A stretch of 64,000 bases of DNA, from the NCBI GenBank assembly GCA_963773065.1, contig CAVYZN010000033.1, forward strand, positions 1-64,000. The letters are read 5' to 3'. Position 1 is the stretch's first letter; each line of letters begins with the position of its first letter. The notes below the pieces were generated by a model. That model searched no databases. It was given only the letters and a program-made list of their open reading frames with translations, and was not told the origin of the DNA. This document shows positions 20,605-32,103 of the stretch, one piece after another. The position numbers and the translations under genes are program-made. This DNA is from an uncultured Gammaproteobacteria bacterium. Its GTDB lineage: Bacteria > Pseudomonadota > Gammaproteobacteria > UBA9214.

Positions 20605-22139
20605 TTACTGTTTCGTGACCCAGGTTTCCGCCAGGCCCAGTTGCTGTCTTATCGCTTCCGCACGGACCGTGGCTGCCTTGCGGGTGTCGAAGCCGGCAAG
20701 GCGCACGCGGTAGATGGTTTTGCCGTTGACCGTGGCCGCGACCTGCTCGGCGGCGACCCCTTTCCTTCGAAGTCGGCCAGTTTCCTCGCCGCGATCGTCT
20801 CGCTCGCATAGGAGGCGAGGTTGATGACCCAATCGCCCGTGTTGGTTTGTGTCGGCTGGCTGTCATGCAGACTGTCCCGCGCGGGGTCTCTCGGCTTGTC
20901 TTGCGCTGCTGGCGCTTCTGCCTGTGCGATCGTGGTCTGTGACGCCGGTGCGCTAACGGCCACGGCGCCGGCCGCCATATCCGGGTACCCCACCGCCAGG
21001 GCTGCCACCGGTTCGAAAACCATGGGCTTATCCCGCGCGGCTTCCGATGGCGCGTCTTGCTCCGCTGCCGCGGCCATGCCGTCTGGCGACGTCGGCGGCG
21101 CGACCGCGGCAGCCGTCCAAGTGTCTGCGTCCGGTTCCGCCGCGCTGGCTGCCGCCGTTTCGGTGTTCCGTCGCCGGCGGCGGCAGGCAGCCATTGCGGC
21201 GTCCGCGGCGTCGACCGGTGCGGCCGTGGGCGGTTCGACCGGCATGGCGGCAGGCGGGTCGGCGCGCAGGGTCGCGTTCGCCTCGATAATGGCCGTGTGA
21301 TTATTGCGGACGAAGGATTCCATCTCGGCGGACAGATAGTCCAGGCGGGCGGCGGCATAGGTCAGCCGCTGCTCCAGATCCTGCAGTCGTTGCTTCGTAG
21401 GGGACCTGGATTTGCATCAACCGGTTTTCCAGCTCCCGCAGGCGCGCTTCATAGCCGGCAAAACCCTGTCCCAACCGGTTTTCCATATCCTGAAGTCGCC
21501 GCGTGCGTAGGGTGAGTACGCCTGCTCCAGGCGGTGCTCGACCGCCTGTAATCGCGCTTCCTGGTTGGGTGCATTGAATTGTTCCAGCCTGGCTTCGACA
21601 TCCCGCAAGCGCGTGACGTTGGGATCATCGGCCTGTTCCAGCCGGCGCTCCATGTTCCTCAGGCGCGCTTCGTACGGGTCAACGGTTTGCGCCAGTTTCG
21701 ATTCCAGGGAATGGAGTCTTTCACCGTAGAGATCATTAATTTCCGTCAATCTCTTTTCCAGATTCCCGAAGCGCGTCTCAGGGCGATACCTGGAGCAGGG
21801 CGGCGCGCCGGGTTCGGTGCGGGTGGTGGTCGCCACTTGCTGGGATACATTTGACAGATAGGCGCCCATGCCGCCGACGATCAGCATGCCCAGGGACATG
21901 ATCGCCAGTCCGGTCAATATGCGGTCACCCAGGTGGCAGGGCGCGTGATTGCCAGGTCTGGACGGGGTGAGTCGGCGGACCGCGGCCGGTTATTCCTTGG
22001 CCCATGGCGGCGGCAGGCCGGGTTTTGATGTTGATCTGTCGCCGCGTCCGGCCCGGGACCCGCGCCAAAGTCCGGCGGATCCTCCCTTGCGCATTTTTTG
22101 TGTGAAATCGTTCAGTTCCTTGTGATCTCGATGGGACAT
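20605..22139 (-). CDS. Membrane-anchored SPOR-domain protein with helical repeats (several frameshifts)
   Basis: N-terminal TM segment (GLAIMSLGMLIVGGMGAYL), repeat region, and Ala/Pro linker. C-terminal SPOR: WVINLASYASE...VNGKTIYRVRLAGF..R..A...LGLAETWV. Confidence 0.75.
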
Positions 22140-22420
22140 CAGTCCGATTCCCCTCCCGTTTCGATACTCGTTCAACGATTCCGGCAACTCCCCCAAGAGT
22201 ACTGCGCCCCTGCCACCGGGTGATTCACTCGCCGGCGCCGGCTGGCAAAGGCGGGCGCATTGTCGCACAGCGGAACAACCGGTATCCAGTCACTCGCAGG
22301 GAATTCTTCAGCACGGGCTGGAATCCTGGGTCACCCGGCGGTGAAGGCATCGGCAACGGGCGCGGGGCGTGCAGGCAGGGTTAATGGCTGGGATAACCGC
22401 CATCTCTGACGTAACCCAAC

Positions 22421-22510
22421 GTAGCCGTGGTTGGGCTGAACGAAGGCGAAGCTCAACAGTGCCACGTCTTTGTCCTCGCCGTTGGCTTCGCTGCGCTCAG
22501 ACCCACCTAC
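22421..22510. repeat. REP/REPIN-like inverted element
   Basis: The left copy GTAG..TGGTTGGGCTGAACGAAGGCGAAGCTCAAC and the inverted right copy (reverse complement GTAGGTGGGTCTGAGCGCAGCGAAGCCAAC) both start with GTAG followed by a short palindrome. Confidence 0.65.
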
Positions 22511-22569
22511 ACTAAGAGTCCCGCACAACCGGCTGGTGGATGGAAATGGGCGGCTCCCGCGCGTTCCGC

Positions 22570-24239
<1,670 letters not shown>

Positions 24240-24314
24240 GCGTCTTGCAATCCTGGTGCGGGTTGATGAAACGGACGGCCATTATAGGCGCCTCTCACCT
24301 GCCGGGCAAGCGGG

Positions 24315-24387
24315 AAAAAGGGGTCAGATCCCTTTTCTGCGTCTTTGATGCATTAAAGACGCTAGAAAAGGGTCCATCCTGCTCCCC
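24315..24387. repeat. Extragenic palindromic element (GGGGTCAGATCCC-type REP-like hairpin)
   Basis: AAAAGGGGTCAGATCCCTTTT overlapping a long hairpin CCCTTTTCT-GCGTCTTT-N8-AAAGACGC-T-AGAAAAGGG. Confidence 0.55.
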
Positions 24388-24408
24388 GGCATGCGTTAGA
24401 CTTGGCGC

Positions 24409-25357
24409 ATGTCGGCAGATACCTGTGTGTACATCGGCGATGAACTGGCCCGTTACGGCTTCGGCCAGGGTCATCCGTTCGGCCCGGATCGGCTGGGCGC
24501 GTTCTGGAAACAGGCGCAGGCCGCGGGACTGGCGGGACGGGTGGCGTGCTGCCCGCCGGTTTCCGCCGACCGGGCGAGCCTCGAGCGTTTCCACACCCCG
24601 GCATACGTCGACCGGGTCATCCGGCAGTCGAAAACCGGCGAGGGCTACCTCGACCTCGGGGATACGCCCGCGTTTCCGGGTATTTATGAGGCCGCCTGTT
24701 ATGTCGTCGGGAGTGTGCTCGATGCCGTCGCGCGCCTGCTGGCGGATAAGTGCCGGCATGCGTTCGTGCCGATCGCCGGCCTGCACCATGCGCGGCGCGA
24801 CAGCGCGGCGGGTTTCTGTGTGTTCAACGATTGCGGCGTCGCCATCGAGACGCTGCGCCGGGTGCACGGCCTGCAGCGCATCGCCTACGTGGATATCGAC
24901 GCCCACCATGGCGATGGCGTGTTCTATGCCTTCGAGAGCGACCCGGAGTCTGATTTTCGCCGATCTGCACGAGGACGGCCGTTACCTGTATCCCGGCACC
25001 GGGGCGGCCGGGGAGAGCGGTCGCGGTGATGCCGTCGGCACCAAGCTCAATATCCCCATGCCGCCGGCGTCCGGTGACGATGCCTTCCGTGCGGCATGGC
25101 AGCGGGTGGAGGCATTGCTCGACAAATTCCAGCCGGAATTCATCCTGTTCCAGTGCGGCGCCGACAGCATCGCCGGTGATCCCATTACCCATCTGGCCTA
25201 CACGCCCGCGGCGCACCGCCATGCCGCGGCCGGCTTGTGCCGGCTGGCCGAACAGCACTGCCGCGGTCGCCTGCTGGCGATGGGGGGCGGGGGGTACAAT
25301 CGCCACAACCTGGCGCTGGCGTGGACGGCGGTGCTGGAAGCGCTGATCGAGAATTGA
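24409..25357 (+). CDS. Histone deacetylase/AcuC-family Zn-dependent deacylase (frameshift near 24950)
   Basis: HPFGPDR, GDTPAF, GLHHA, GFCVFND, YVDIDAHHGDG, QCGADSIAGDP and GGGGY. Confidence 0.92.
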
Positions 25358-25441
25358 ACCACCCCCGGGAAGTGAGCGGTATTAGCACCTCTCTCAACAG
25401 TTTACGCTGAGGTATGATTCGTGCACAATCGCATACGGCCG

Positions 25442-26593
25442 ATGAGCAGCACCGACGATTCCCTACTTAAGGTTGATTTGATCGAGGTCCAGCAACTCTT
25501 GCTTGACCCTGATAATCCGCGCTTAGAGTCTGTCACAACGGGTTCTACTCAAGAAGAACTTGTCAAGGCTATGTGGAAGGAAATGGCGGTGAGCGAAGTC
25601 GCATTGTCCATCGCCGAAAACGGCTTCTTCCGCGAGGAGCCTCTTTTTGCAATCCCTGCGCCTAAGCATTTTGCGTCGAGCGAAAAACGGTTGGCCGGGG
25701 ACCAAAATAAACCTCGCTATATTGTTGTCGAAGGTAATCGGCGACTGACAGCCGTCAAACTGCTTGCGGACGACGAGTTAAGAACGCGCGTTCGTGCGAC
25801 TGACTTGCCGACGATCACGCCGACACGTCGGGAGAAACTGAATCGGCTCCCTGTATCCATCTATCCCGATAAGGAGTCGTTGTGGGAGTATTTCGGCTTC
25901 CGACATGTGAATGGACCCAAGGAATGGGACTCGTTGAGCAAGGCTGCTTACATTGCTCACGTGGTTCGCAATTTCGGGAAATCGCTAGACTTGATCGCAC
26001 GGAAGATCGGTGACCAACACAGCACTGTGGAGCGCATTTATAGGGGATATGTCCTATTGGAACAAGCCGAAGGCTCCACTGAATTCCATAGAGATGACCG
26101 TAAGCGGAATCGCTTTTACTTTTCTCACCTTTATACCGCAGCAAGCTACGCGGAAGTGCTTAAATTCTTGGGCACGGATGCAAGAAAAGCGCTACGTCCG
26201 AATCCCGTTCCACGCAAATACCTCCCTCATCTCGAAGAGTTGATGTCTTGGCTTTTCGGGAGCAAGGAACGAGAATTCGAAGCAGTTGTGCGCACCCAAA
26301 ATCCCGATCTTAACTACCTGCGCGCAGTAATCGGGAACTCCCAAGCATTGGCGGCACTTCGGTCGGGTGTTCGCTTGGAGCGGTCCTATGCCATTAGCTT
26401 GGGAGACATGCGTAGATTTGAAGAAGCTTTAGCGGCAGCCAAGGACGCACTCCAAGAGGCAAAGGGCACCGTCACTACAGGCTACAAGGGCAGCAGAGAA
26501 CTGTTGGAACAGATGGAGTCGATTATACTGCTAGCCGGTAGCATAGAAGTTGAGATGAGGAGTATTGCCGAGCGACCACGCGCAAAGTCCTGA
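25442..26593 (+). CDS. ParB/Srx-like N-terminal (CTPase-fold) domain protein with HTH
   Basis: LLLDPDNPRL, SIAENGF..EP and YIVVEGNRRL.A.K.L (ParB box I/II-like). An HTH-like segment SLDLIARKIGDQHSTVERI precedes a helical C-terminus. Confidence 0.8.
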   Translation: MSSTDDSLLKVDLIEVQQLLLDPDNPRLESVTTGSTQEELVKAMWKEMAVSEVALSIAENGFFREEPLFAIPAPKHFASSEKRLAGDQNKPRYIVVEGNRRLTAVKLLADDELRTRVRATDLPTITPTRREKLNRLPVSIYPDKESLWEYFGFRHVNGPKEWDSLSKAAYIAHVVRNFGKSLDLIARKIGDQHSTVERIYRGYVLLEQAEGSTEFHRDDRKRNRFYFSHLYTAASYAEVLKFLGTDARKALRPNPVPRKYLPHLEELMSWLFGSKEREFEAVVRTQNPDLNYLRAVIGNSQALAALRSGVRLERSYAISLGDMRRFEEALAAAKDALQEAKGTVTTGYKGSRELLEQMESIILLAGSIEVEMRSIAERPRAKS

Positions 26594-26600
26594 CGATCCC

Positions 26601-27491
26601 ATGCCAACCCCAGTCGTAATCCCGTTCCCCGAAAACTTCGACAGACCGGAAGCACTCGCCGACTGGTTGGAGCTTACTGCCCTTCACGCAGCTGACCAAG
26701 ATGCCAGTATCGGAGACGTTCAGCGCGAGTTGGACCGGTTGAATCAAGGTGGTCGAGAAAGCCTCCTAGGCAACATTCTTAGCGAATTTGATCGCCGTGT
26801 ACGGGCGACGGGATCAGCGGCATACCCGTTCGAGCGTGGTGCCACGTCTATTCAACTCAAGGGAAATCCGAGCGCCTATCCCGCTTACTTTTTTTGTCTC
26901 GCACTTTCGTATTACAAATGGAAGATTCGCAAAGGTGTCACAGATAATCCGTGGTTACTGTTCGAGGAGCTGGCTTTTTTTTCTGCTAAGAACTACGTAG
27001 GCGGTGAAGCTATTCTTTTTGGAACAAGCAGCCGCAAGGGGACGCGGGCCAAAAGCACTTTCAAAAAGAAAGTCGAATCTCTGATTAAGGCCCTTGGGGA
27101 AGGCCAATGCTTCACGTCAACACGAACCTTTTCATCTAAGGACAGCAAAGTTGACCTAGTTGCGTGGAAAGGTTTCAGAGACAGAAGGGCGAGTCAAATC
27201 ATCATCTTTGGTCAGTGCAAAGCCGGGGATGGTTGGCGCGATGAACTAACCGAACTCGATCCGGATGTCTTTTGGGATCAATGGATGACAGGAGGAAAGG
27301 GCAAGGTCAGCAAGCTTCTCCGTTCCGTGTTTATTCCGCATCGGGTTTTCGATGACGAAGAGTGGGATCTCCGAGCACGCTCGGCTCGACTGCTCTTCGA
27401 CCGCTGCCGAGTTGTTGCTCACGCTCACGAGGAAACCGCCACAGGTGACTTCGCCAATCGTCTCTTGGAGTGTTGTCGTTCCGAGTGGTGA
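26601..27491 (+). CDS. Putative PD-(D/E)xK endonuclease, Mrr-like QxK variant
   Basis: FEEL helix, then KDSKVDLVAWK and IIIFGQCKAG, matching the E...D...QxK layout of restriction-endonuclease-fold proteins. Starts 7 nt after the ParB-like gene stop. Confidence 0.65.
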   Translation: MPTPVVIPFPENFDRPEALADWLELTALHAADQDASIGDVQRELDRLNQGGRESLLGNILSEFDRRVRATGSAAYPFERGATSIQLKGNPSAYPAYFFCLALSYYKWKIRKGVTDNPWLLFEELAFFSAKNYVGGEAILFGTSSRKGTRAKSTFKKKVESLIKALGEGQCFTSTRTFSSKDSKVDLVAWKGFRDRRASQIIIFGQCKAGDGWRDELTELDPDVFWDQWMTGGKGKVSKLLRSVFIPHRVFDDEEWDLRARSARLLFDRCRVVAHAHEETATGDFANRLLECCRSEW

Positions 27492-28625
27492 TTACCTGTC
27501 GAAGCCATGAACGGACAAATCGACTGCATTCAATATGGCCCTACTTCGCGATGTTTCCCGAGACCTTCGACAAGCTCAAGTGGCTCGTTTCACGAAAGAG
27601 GGTGATTTTGTCTTTGATCCTTTTAGCGGGCGCGGGACCACCCTCTTCGAGTCCCTGCTGCGCGGCCGCAACGCCGCAGCAGTTGATATTAATCCTGTCG
27701 CCTTCTGCCTCACCAGGGCCAAAGCAGAAGTCCCAGAACTGCAACCGGTCAAGACCCGTTTGCAGAATCTGAAAAGGGCCTTCGGTGGAACAGACCAAGA
27801 GAGCCTAAACGAGGAAGCAGCAGCCCTGCCCTCTTTTTTCCGGCGAGCATTCTATTGCTCCACCTTGCGACAGTTGCTCTTCCTGCGTCGTAGACTCCGT
27901 TGGCGCGAAACTGCGGAGGACGCGTTCGTTGCTGCGCTCGTCTTGGGATCCTTGCATGGAGAAATGGATCGTTCACCTTCGTATTTCAGCAATCAGATGC
28001 CACGCACCATTTGTCTCAAGCCAGAATATTCCATGCGATACTGGAATTCGCACGGGTTGTATCCTAAAAAGCGCGATGTCTTTAGTATGCTCGCGTCAAA
28101 AGTGATATTCCGACTGGAAGGCGGGCGAACGGAATCGACTTGGCATCGAGAGGCATGCCGACGCTCGAAGATCAGTAGATGTTTTTCCTGACTTGTCTAA
28201 ACGTGTGCGCCTGGTCGTAACCTCGCCTCCTTATGTTGAAGGAAACGATTTGAGGAAGACCAATGGCTTTGCGTCTCTGGTTTCCGGCGGTGAGCCGAAT
28301 CCTACCTATGGTGTCGTTTCCAATGATGATCGTCATCGGGATCCAAGTCGTTATTGGCGTTTCTTGACTGACGTATGGATCGGCATCAAGCCGCTTTGCG
28401 AAACGACGCGGTATTGGTCATAAGGCTTGGGACAAAGTCGCTATCTCAGAGGCGATCACTGTCTCACTACTTAACAGCCTGCAGGAGGTATTTCCCGCTA
28501 ACTGCTGGCTCGAACAACCCGCCGTGTCGATAATTCGAGGTAAACAAGGACGAGCCTTCAATCCGAAGGCGGCTGGCTGCCAATACGAAATAGATTTTGC
28601 TTATGCACCGTTTCGCAATTCATAG
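27488..28625 (+). CDS. DNA amino-methyltransferase, alpha order, SPPY type (likely m4C); multiple frameshifts
   Basis: GTGA overlap with the upstream stop. LHSIWPYFAMFP, motif I VFDPFSGRGTT, AVDINP, then motif IV LVVTSPPY; reconstructed EEDQWLRLWF and C-terminal GCQYEIDFAY. Confidence 0.8.
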
Positions 28626-28949
28626 ATCGGTGCCCGGCGTCAGTTGACGATAACTAATAAAAACAAAAAGTGCATCACTCCCGCGGCTACGTGGCGGGAT
28701 GCGCGGGAGTTGATTTGGCAGCATCGACGGCATTGCGGATTTCGAATTTTGTCTCGCGATAGACGCAGTTCAAACCATCCGATTGACGATGTCATCCTCA
28801 AGCACCACAGCGAGCTGCGGGTCGAATGGTGCATTGTTACGTTTGACGCAATAGTTAGCAAAGCCCGGCTCGAATCGGCTATCATTTCCCGCTCGCCGGC
28901 TATTCCGGTACTTCCGCTGATTTCTGAAATTACCGCAGGATCGCCTGAC

Positions 28950-30208
28950 ATGTTTGACAAAGAGATGCGTATTGCCGGCTACGATGAGGAACTCTGGAAC
29001 GCCATGCAGGGCGAACGCCGGCGCCAGGAGGAACACATCGAGCTGATCGCCTCGGAAAACTACGCCAGCCCGCGCGTGCTGGAGGCGCAGGGTTCGGTGC
29101 TGACCAACAAATATGCCGAAGGCTATCCCGGCAAACGCTACTACGGCGGCTGCGAGTTCGTCGACGTGGCCGAGCAACTGGCCATCGACCGGGCCAAACA
29201 ATTGTTCGGCGCGGATTATGCCAACGTGCAGCCGCATTCCGGTTCCCAGGCCAATGCCGCGGTGTATCTGGCCCTGCTGCAGCCCGGCGATACCATCCTG
29301 GGCATGAGCCTGGCCGACGGCGGGCATCTGACCCACGGCGCCAAGGTCAATTTCTCCGGCAAACTCTTCCATGCGGTGCAGTACGGTCTGAACGCGCAAA
29401 CGGGCGTGATCGACTACGACCGGGTGGAGGCGCTGGCCCGCGAGCACCGCCCGAAGATGGTCGTGGCCGGTTTCTCGGCCTATTCGCTGCAGGGTCGACT
29501 GGCAGCGTTTCCGCGACATCGCCGATGCCGTCGGCGCCTGGTTGTTCGTCGACATGGCGCACGTAGCCGGCCTGGTCGCGGCCGGGATTTATCCCAACCC
29601 GGTGCCGATCGCCGATGTCACCACCTCCACGACCCACAAAACCCTGCGGGGGCCGCGCGGCGGGATCATCCTGGCCCGCGCCAACGCCGAGGTCGAGAAG
29701 AAGCTGAGCTCGATGGTCTTTCCCGGCACCCAGGGCGGGCCGTTGATGCACGTCATCGCCGCCAAGGCGGTGGCCTTCAAGGAGGCGATGGAGCCGGCCT
29801 TCCGGTGAATACCAGCAGCAGGTATTGCAAAACGCGCGGGCCATGGCCGAGGTGATGATGCAGCGCGGCTACAAGGTGGTTTCCGGCGGCACCGACGACC
29901 ACCTGTTCCTGGTCGATTTCATCGACAAGGGGATCACCGGCAAGGCGGCGGACGCGGCGCTGGGCGCGGCCAATATCACGGTGAACAAGAACGCCGTGCC
30001 GAACGACCCCCAGTCGCCGTTTGTCACCAGCGGCATCCGCATCGGCACGCCCGCCATCACCACGCGCGGCTTCCGGGAGGCGGAGGCGCGCGAACTGGCC
30101 GGCTGGATGTGCGATATCCTGGATGACATCACCAATCAGGGTATGATCGAAGCCGTGCGCGGGAAGGTGCTGGCCATCTGCAAGCGTTTCCCGGTCTATG
30201 GCGGCTGA
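28950..30208 (+). CDS. glyA: Serine hydroxymethyltransferase (frameshifts near 29490 and 29810)
   Basis: [43 protein letters not shown] and SGIRIGTPA. Confidence 0.97.
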
Positions 30209-30241
30209 CCCCGGCCCGGTACGCTGCGGAAATGCCTGACC

Positions 30242-30742
30242 ATGTACTGCCCGTTTTGCCGCGCCCAGGACACCAAGGTGATCGACTCACGGCTTGCCAG
30301 CGAGGGTTCCCAGGTACGCCGGCGGCGCGAGTGCCTGGCCTGCGGCGAACGCTTCACCACATTCGAGTCGGCGGAACTGGTCATGCCGCGCATCATCAAG
30401 AGCAATGGTGCGCGCGAACCCTTCGATGAGAAAAAGCTGGCGGCCGGCATGATGCGCTCGCTCGAGAAGCGCCCGGTCGATGCCGACAGCGTGGATGCCG
30501 CGATGAGCCGCATCCAGCACCGCCTGCGCGCCAGCGGCGAGCGGGAAGTGCCATCACGCCTGCTGGGCGAATGGGTCATGCATGAACTGCGGGCGCTCGA
30601 CCAGGTAGCCTATGTGCGTTTCGCCTCGGTGTATCGCAGCTTCGCGGACGTCAAGGCCTTCCAGGAGGAAATCGAGCGCCTGGAAAACGAACCCACGGCG
30701 GAAGAGAAGAAAGACCAGATATCGCTGCTCCCCGACGACTGA
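30242..30742 (+). CDS. nrdR: Transcriptional repressor NrdR
   Basis: MYCPFC...RRRRECLAC zinc ribbon, ATP cone, and [10 protein letters not shown]. Confidence 0.97.
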   Translation: MYCPFCRAQDTKVIDSRLASEGSQVRRRRECLACGERFTTFESAELVMPRIIKSNGAREPFDEKKLAAGMMRSLEKRPVDADSVDAAMSRIQHRLRASGEREVPSRLLGEWVMHELRALDQVAYVRFASVYRSFADVKAFQEEIERLENEPTAEEKKDQISLLPDD

Positions 30743-30834
30743 GCGCGGCGACATCGATGGGTCGATGATGAAACGATGAAACGCGTGGCCGGCGCCTGAT
30801 GACGCTGCCGCGCGCTCCGGTTTTGCCTGGCGAT

Positions 30835-31943
30835 ATGCACCCCACTTCTGATCACAAGCACATGGGACGCGCCCTGCAACTGGCCGGGCGCGGCCTCTAT
30901 ACCACCGACCCGAATCCGCGCGTGGGCTGCGTACTGGTCGAGGGGCGAGGAGGTGGTCGGCGAAGGGTGGCATGTGCGCGCCGGCGGCCCGCATGCGGAA
31001 ATCAACGCCCTGCGCGCGGCCGGCGACCGCGCGGTGGGCGCCACCGCCTACGTGACGCTGGAGCCCTGCTGCCATCACGGGCGCACGCCGCCCTGCACCG
31101 ATGCCCTGATCGCCGCCGGCGTACGGCGGGTGGTTGCCGCCATGGAGGATCCCAACCCGCGGGTTGGCGGCGCGGGGCTCAAGGCCCTGCAGGCCGCCGG
31201 CATCGAGGTGCGCTCGGGGGTGCTGGCGGCGGAGGCGCAACGGCTCAACCCGGGGTTTGTCATGCGCATGCGCGAGGGGCGCCCCTGGGTGCGCTGCAAG
31301 CTGGCGATGAGCCTGGACGGGCGCACGGCCATGGCGAGCGGCGAGAGCCGGTGGATCACCGGCGAGGCCGCGCGCCGGGACGCGCACCGCTGGCGCGCGC
31401 GCAGTTCCGCGGTCATGACCGGCGTCGGGACCGTGCTGGCCGATGACCCGTCATTGACGGTGCGTCTGGATCCGGATGAAGCCGGGCCATGGCGGCAGCC
31501 GCTGCGGGTCATACTGGATACGCATCTGCGCACCCCCCCCAAGGCGCGGCTGCTCGGCGTGCCGGGTGAAACGCTGATCCTGGCCGGGCGTCCGGACGGG
31601 GACAGGGAGGCGCGGCTGCAAGGCAACGGCGTCTCGATCATCACCCTGCCGATGGACGGCAGGCCGGCTGGATCTCGCCGCCGTGATGCGCTACCTCGGC
31701 CGGATGGAAATCAATGAAGTGCACCTCGAGGCCGGGGCGACGCTGTCCGGTGCGCTGCTGGCGGCGGGATGGGTCGATGAACTGGTTATCTACCTGGCGC
31801 CCCACCTGCTGGGTGACGCGGCCCGCGGTCTGTTCACCTTGCCGGGCCTGGAGCGCATGGACCAGCGTATAGGACTGTCCATCGTCGACATCCGCGCGGT
31901 GGGCCGAGACTGGCGCATTACCGCCACCGTGAACAAGAAATGA
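30835..31943 (+). CDS. ribD: Riboflavin biosynthesis deaminase/reductase RibD (frameshifts)
   Basis: PNPRVGCV, HAE, TLEPCCHHGRTPPC, KLAMSLDGRTA and LEAGATL. Confidence 0.95.
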
Positions 31944-31967
31944 TATCTTTGCCTCATGGGTGCAGAC

Positions 31968-32054
31968 GCCTCATGCCGGGTAAATCCTTCCGTGACGCGC
32001 TGTGAATACGTCCCTGTGACCGACAGTCACTGCAGGACTTACCCGGCATGAAGC
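31968..32054. repeat. Hairpin-forming extragenic repeat (MITE/REP-like) between ribD and ribE
   Basis: 21-nt arms GCCTCATGCCGGGTAAATCCT and AGGACTTACCCGGCATGAAGC (19/21 complementary) enclose GCGCTGTGAATACGTCCCTGT and a small GTGAC/GTCAC stem. Confidence 0.55.
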
Positions 32055-32103
32055 CTTAGTAGCATAGTTATTGATTACCGGTACAAATACCCTGACCAAG
32101 CGC

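Noticed and set aside
28630-28950. ZMP/ZTP or glycine riboswitch upstream of glyA
   Set aside because: No GACUGGCG...GUGG...CCAC / CGCCUGGGC or GGAGA...CCGAAG...CUCUCAGG motifs are visible.
25360-28950. Prophage, ICE or plasmid partition module around the ParB-like gene
   Set aside because: No ParA, integrase, tRNA, att-like direct repeats or phage genes are visible.
31951-32100. FMN riboswitch between ribD and ribE
   Set aside because: The conserved RFN sequence blocks (AGGGCGGGGYGAAANUCCCNACCGGCGGU) are absent; the structure is a simple long hairpin.
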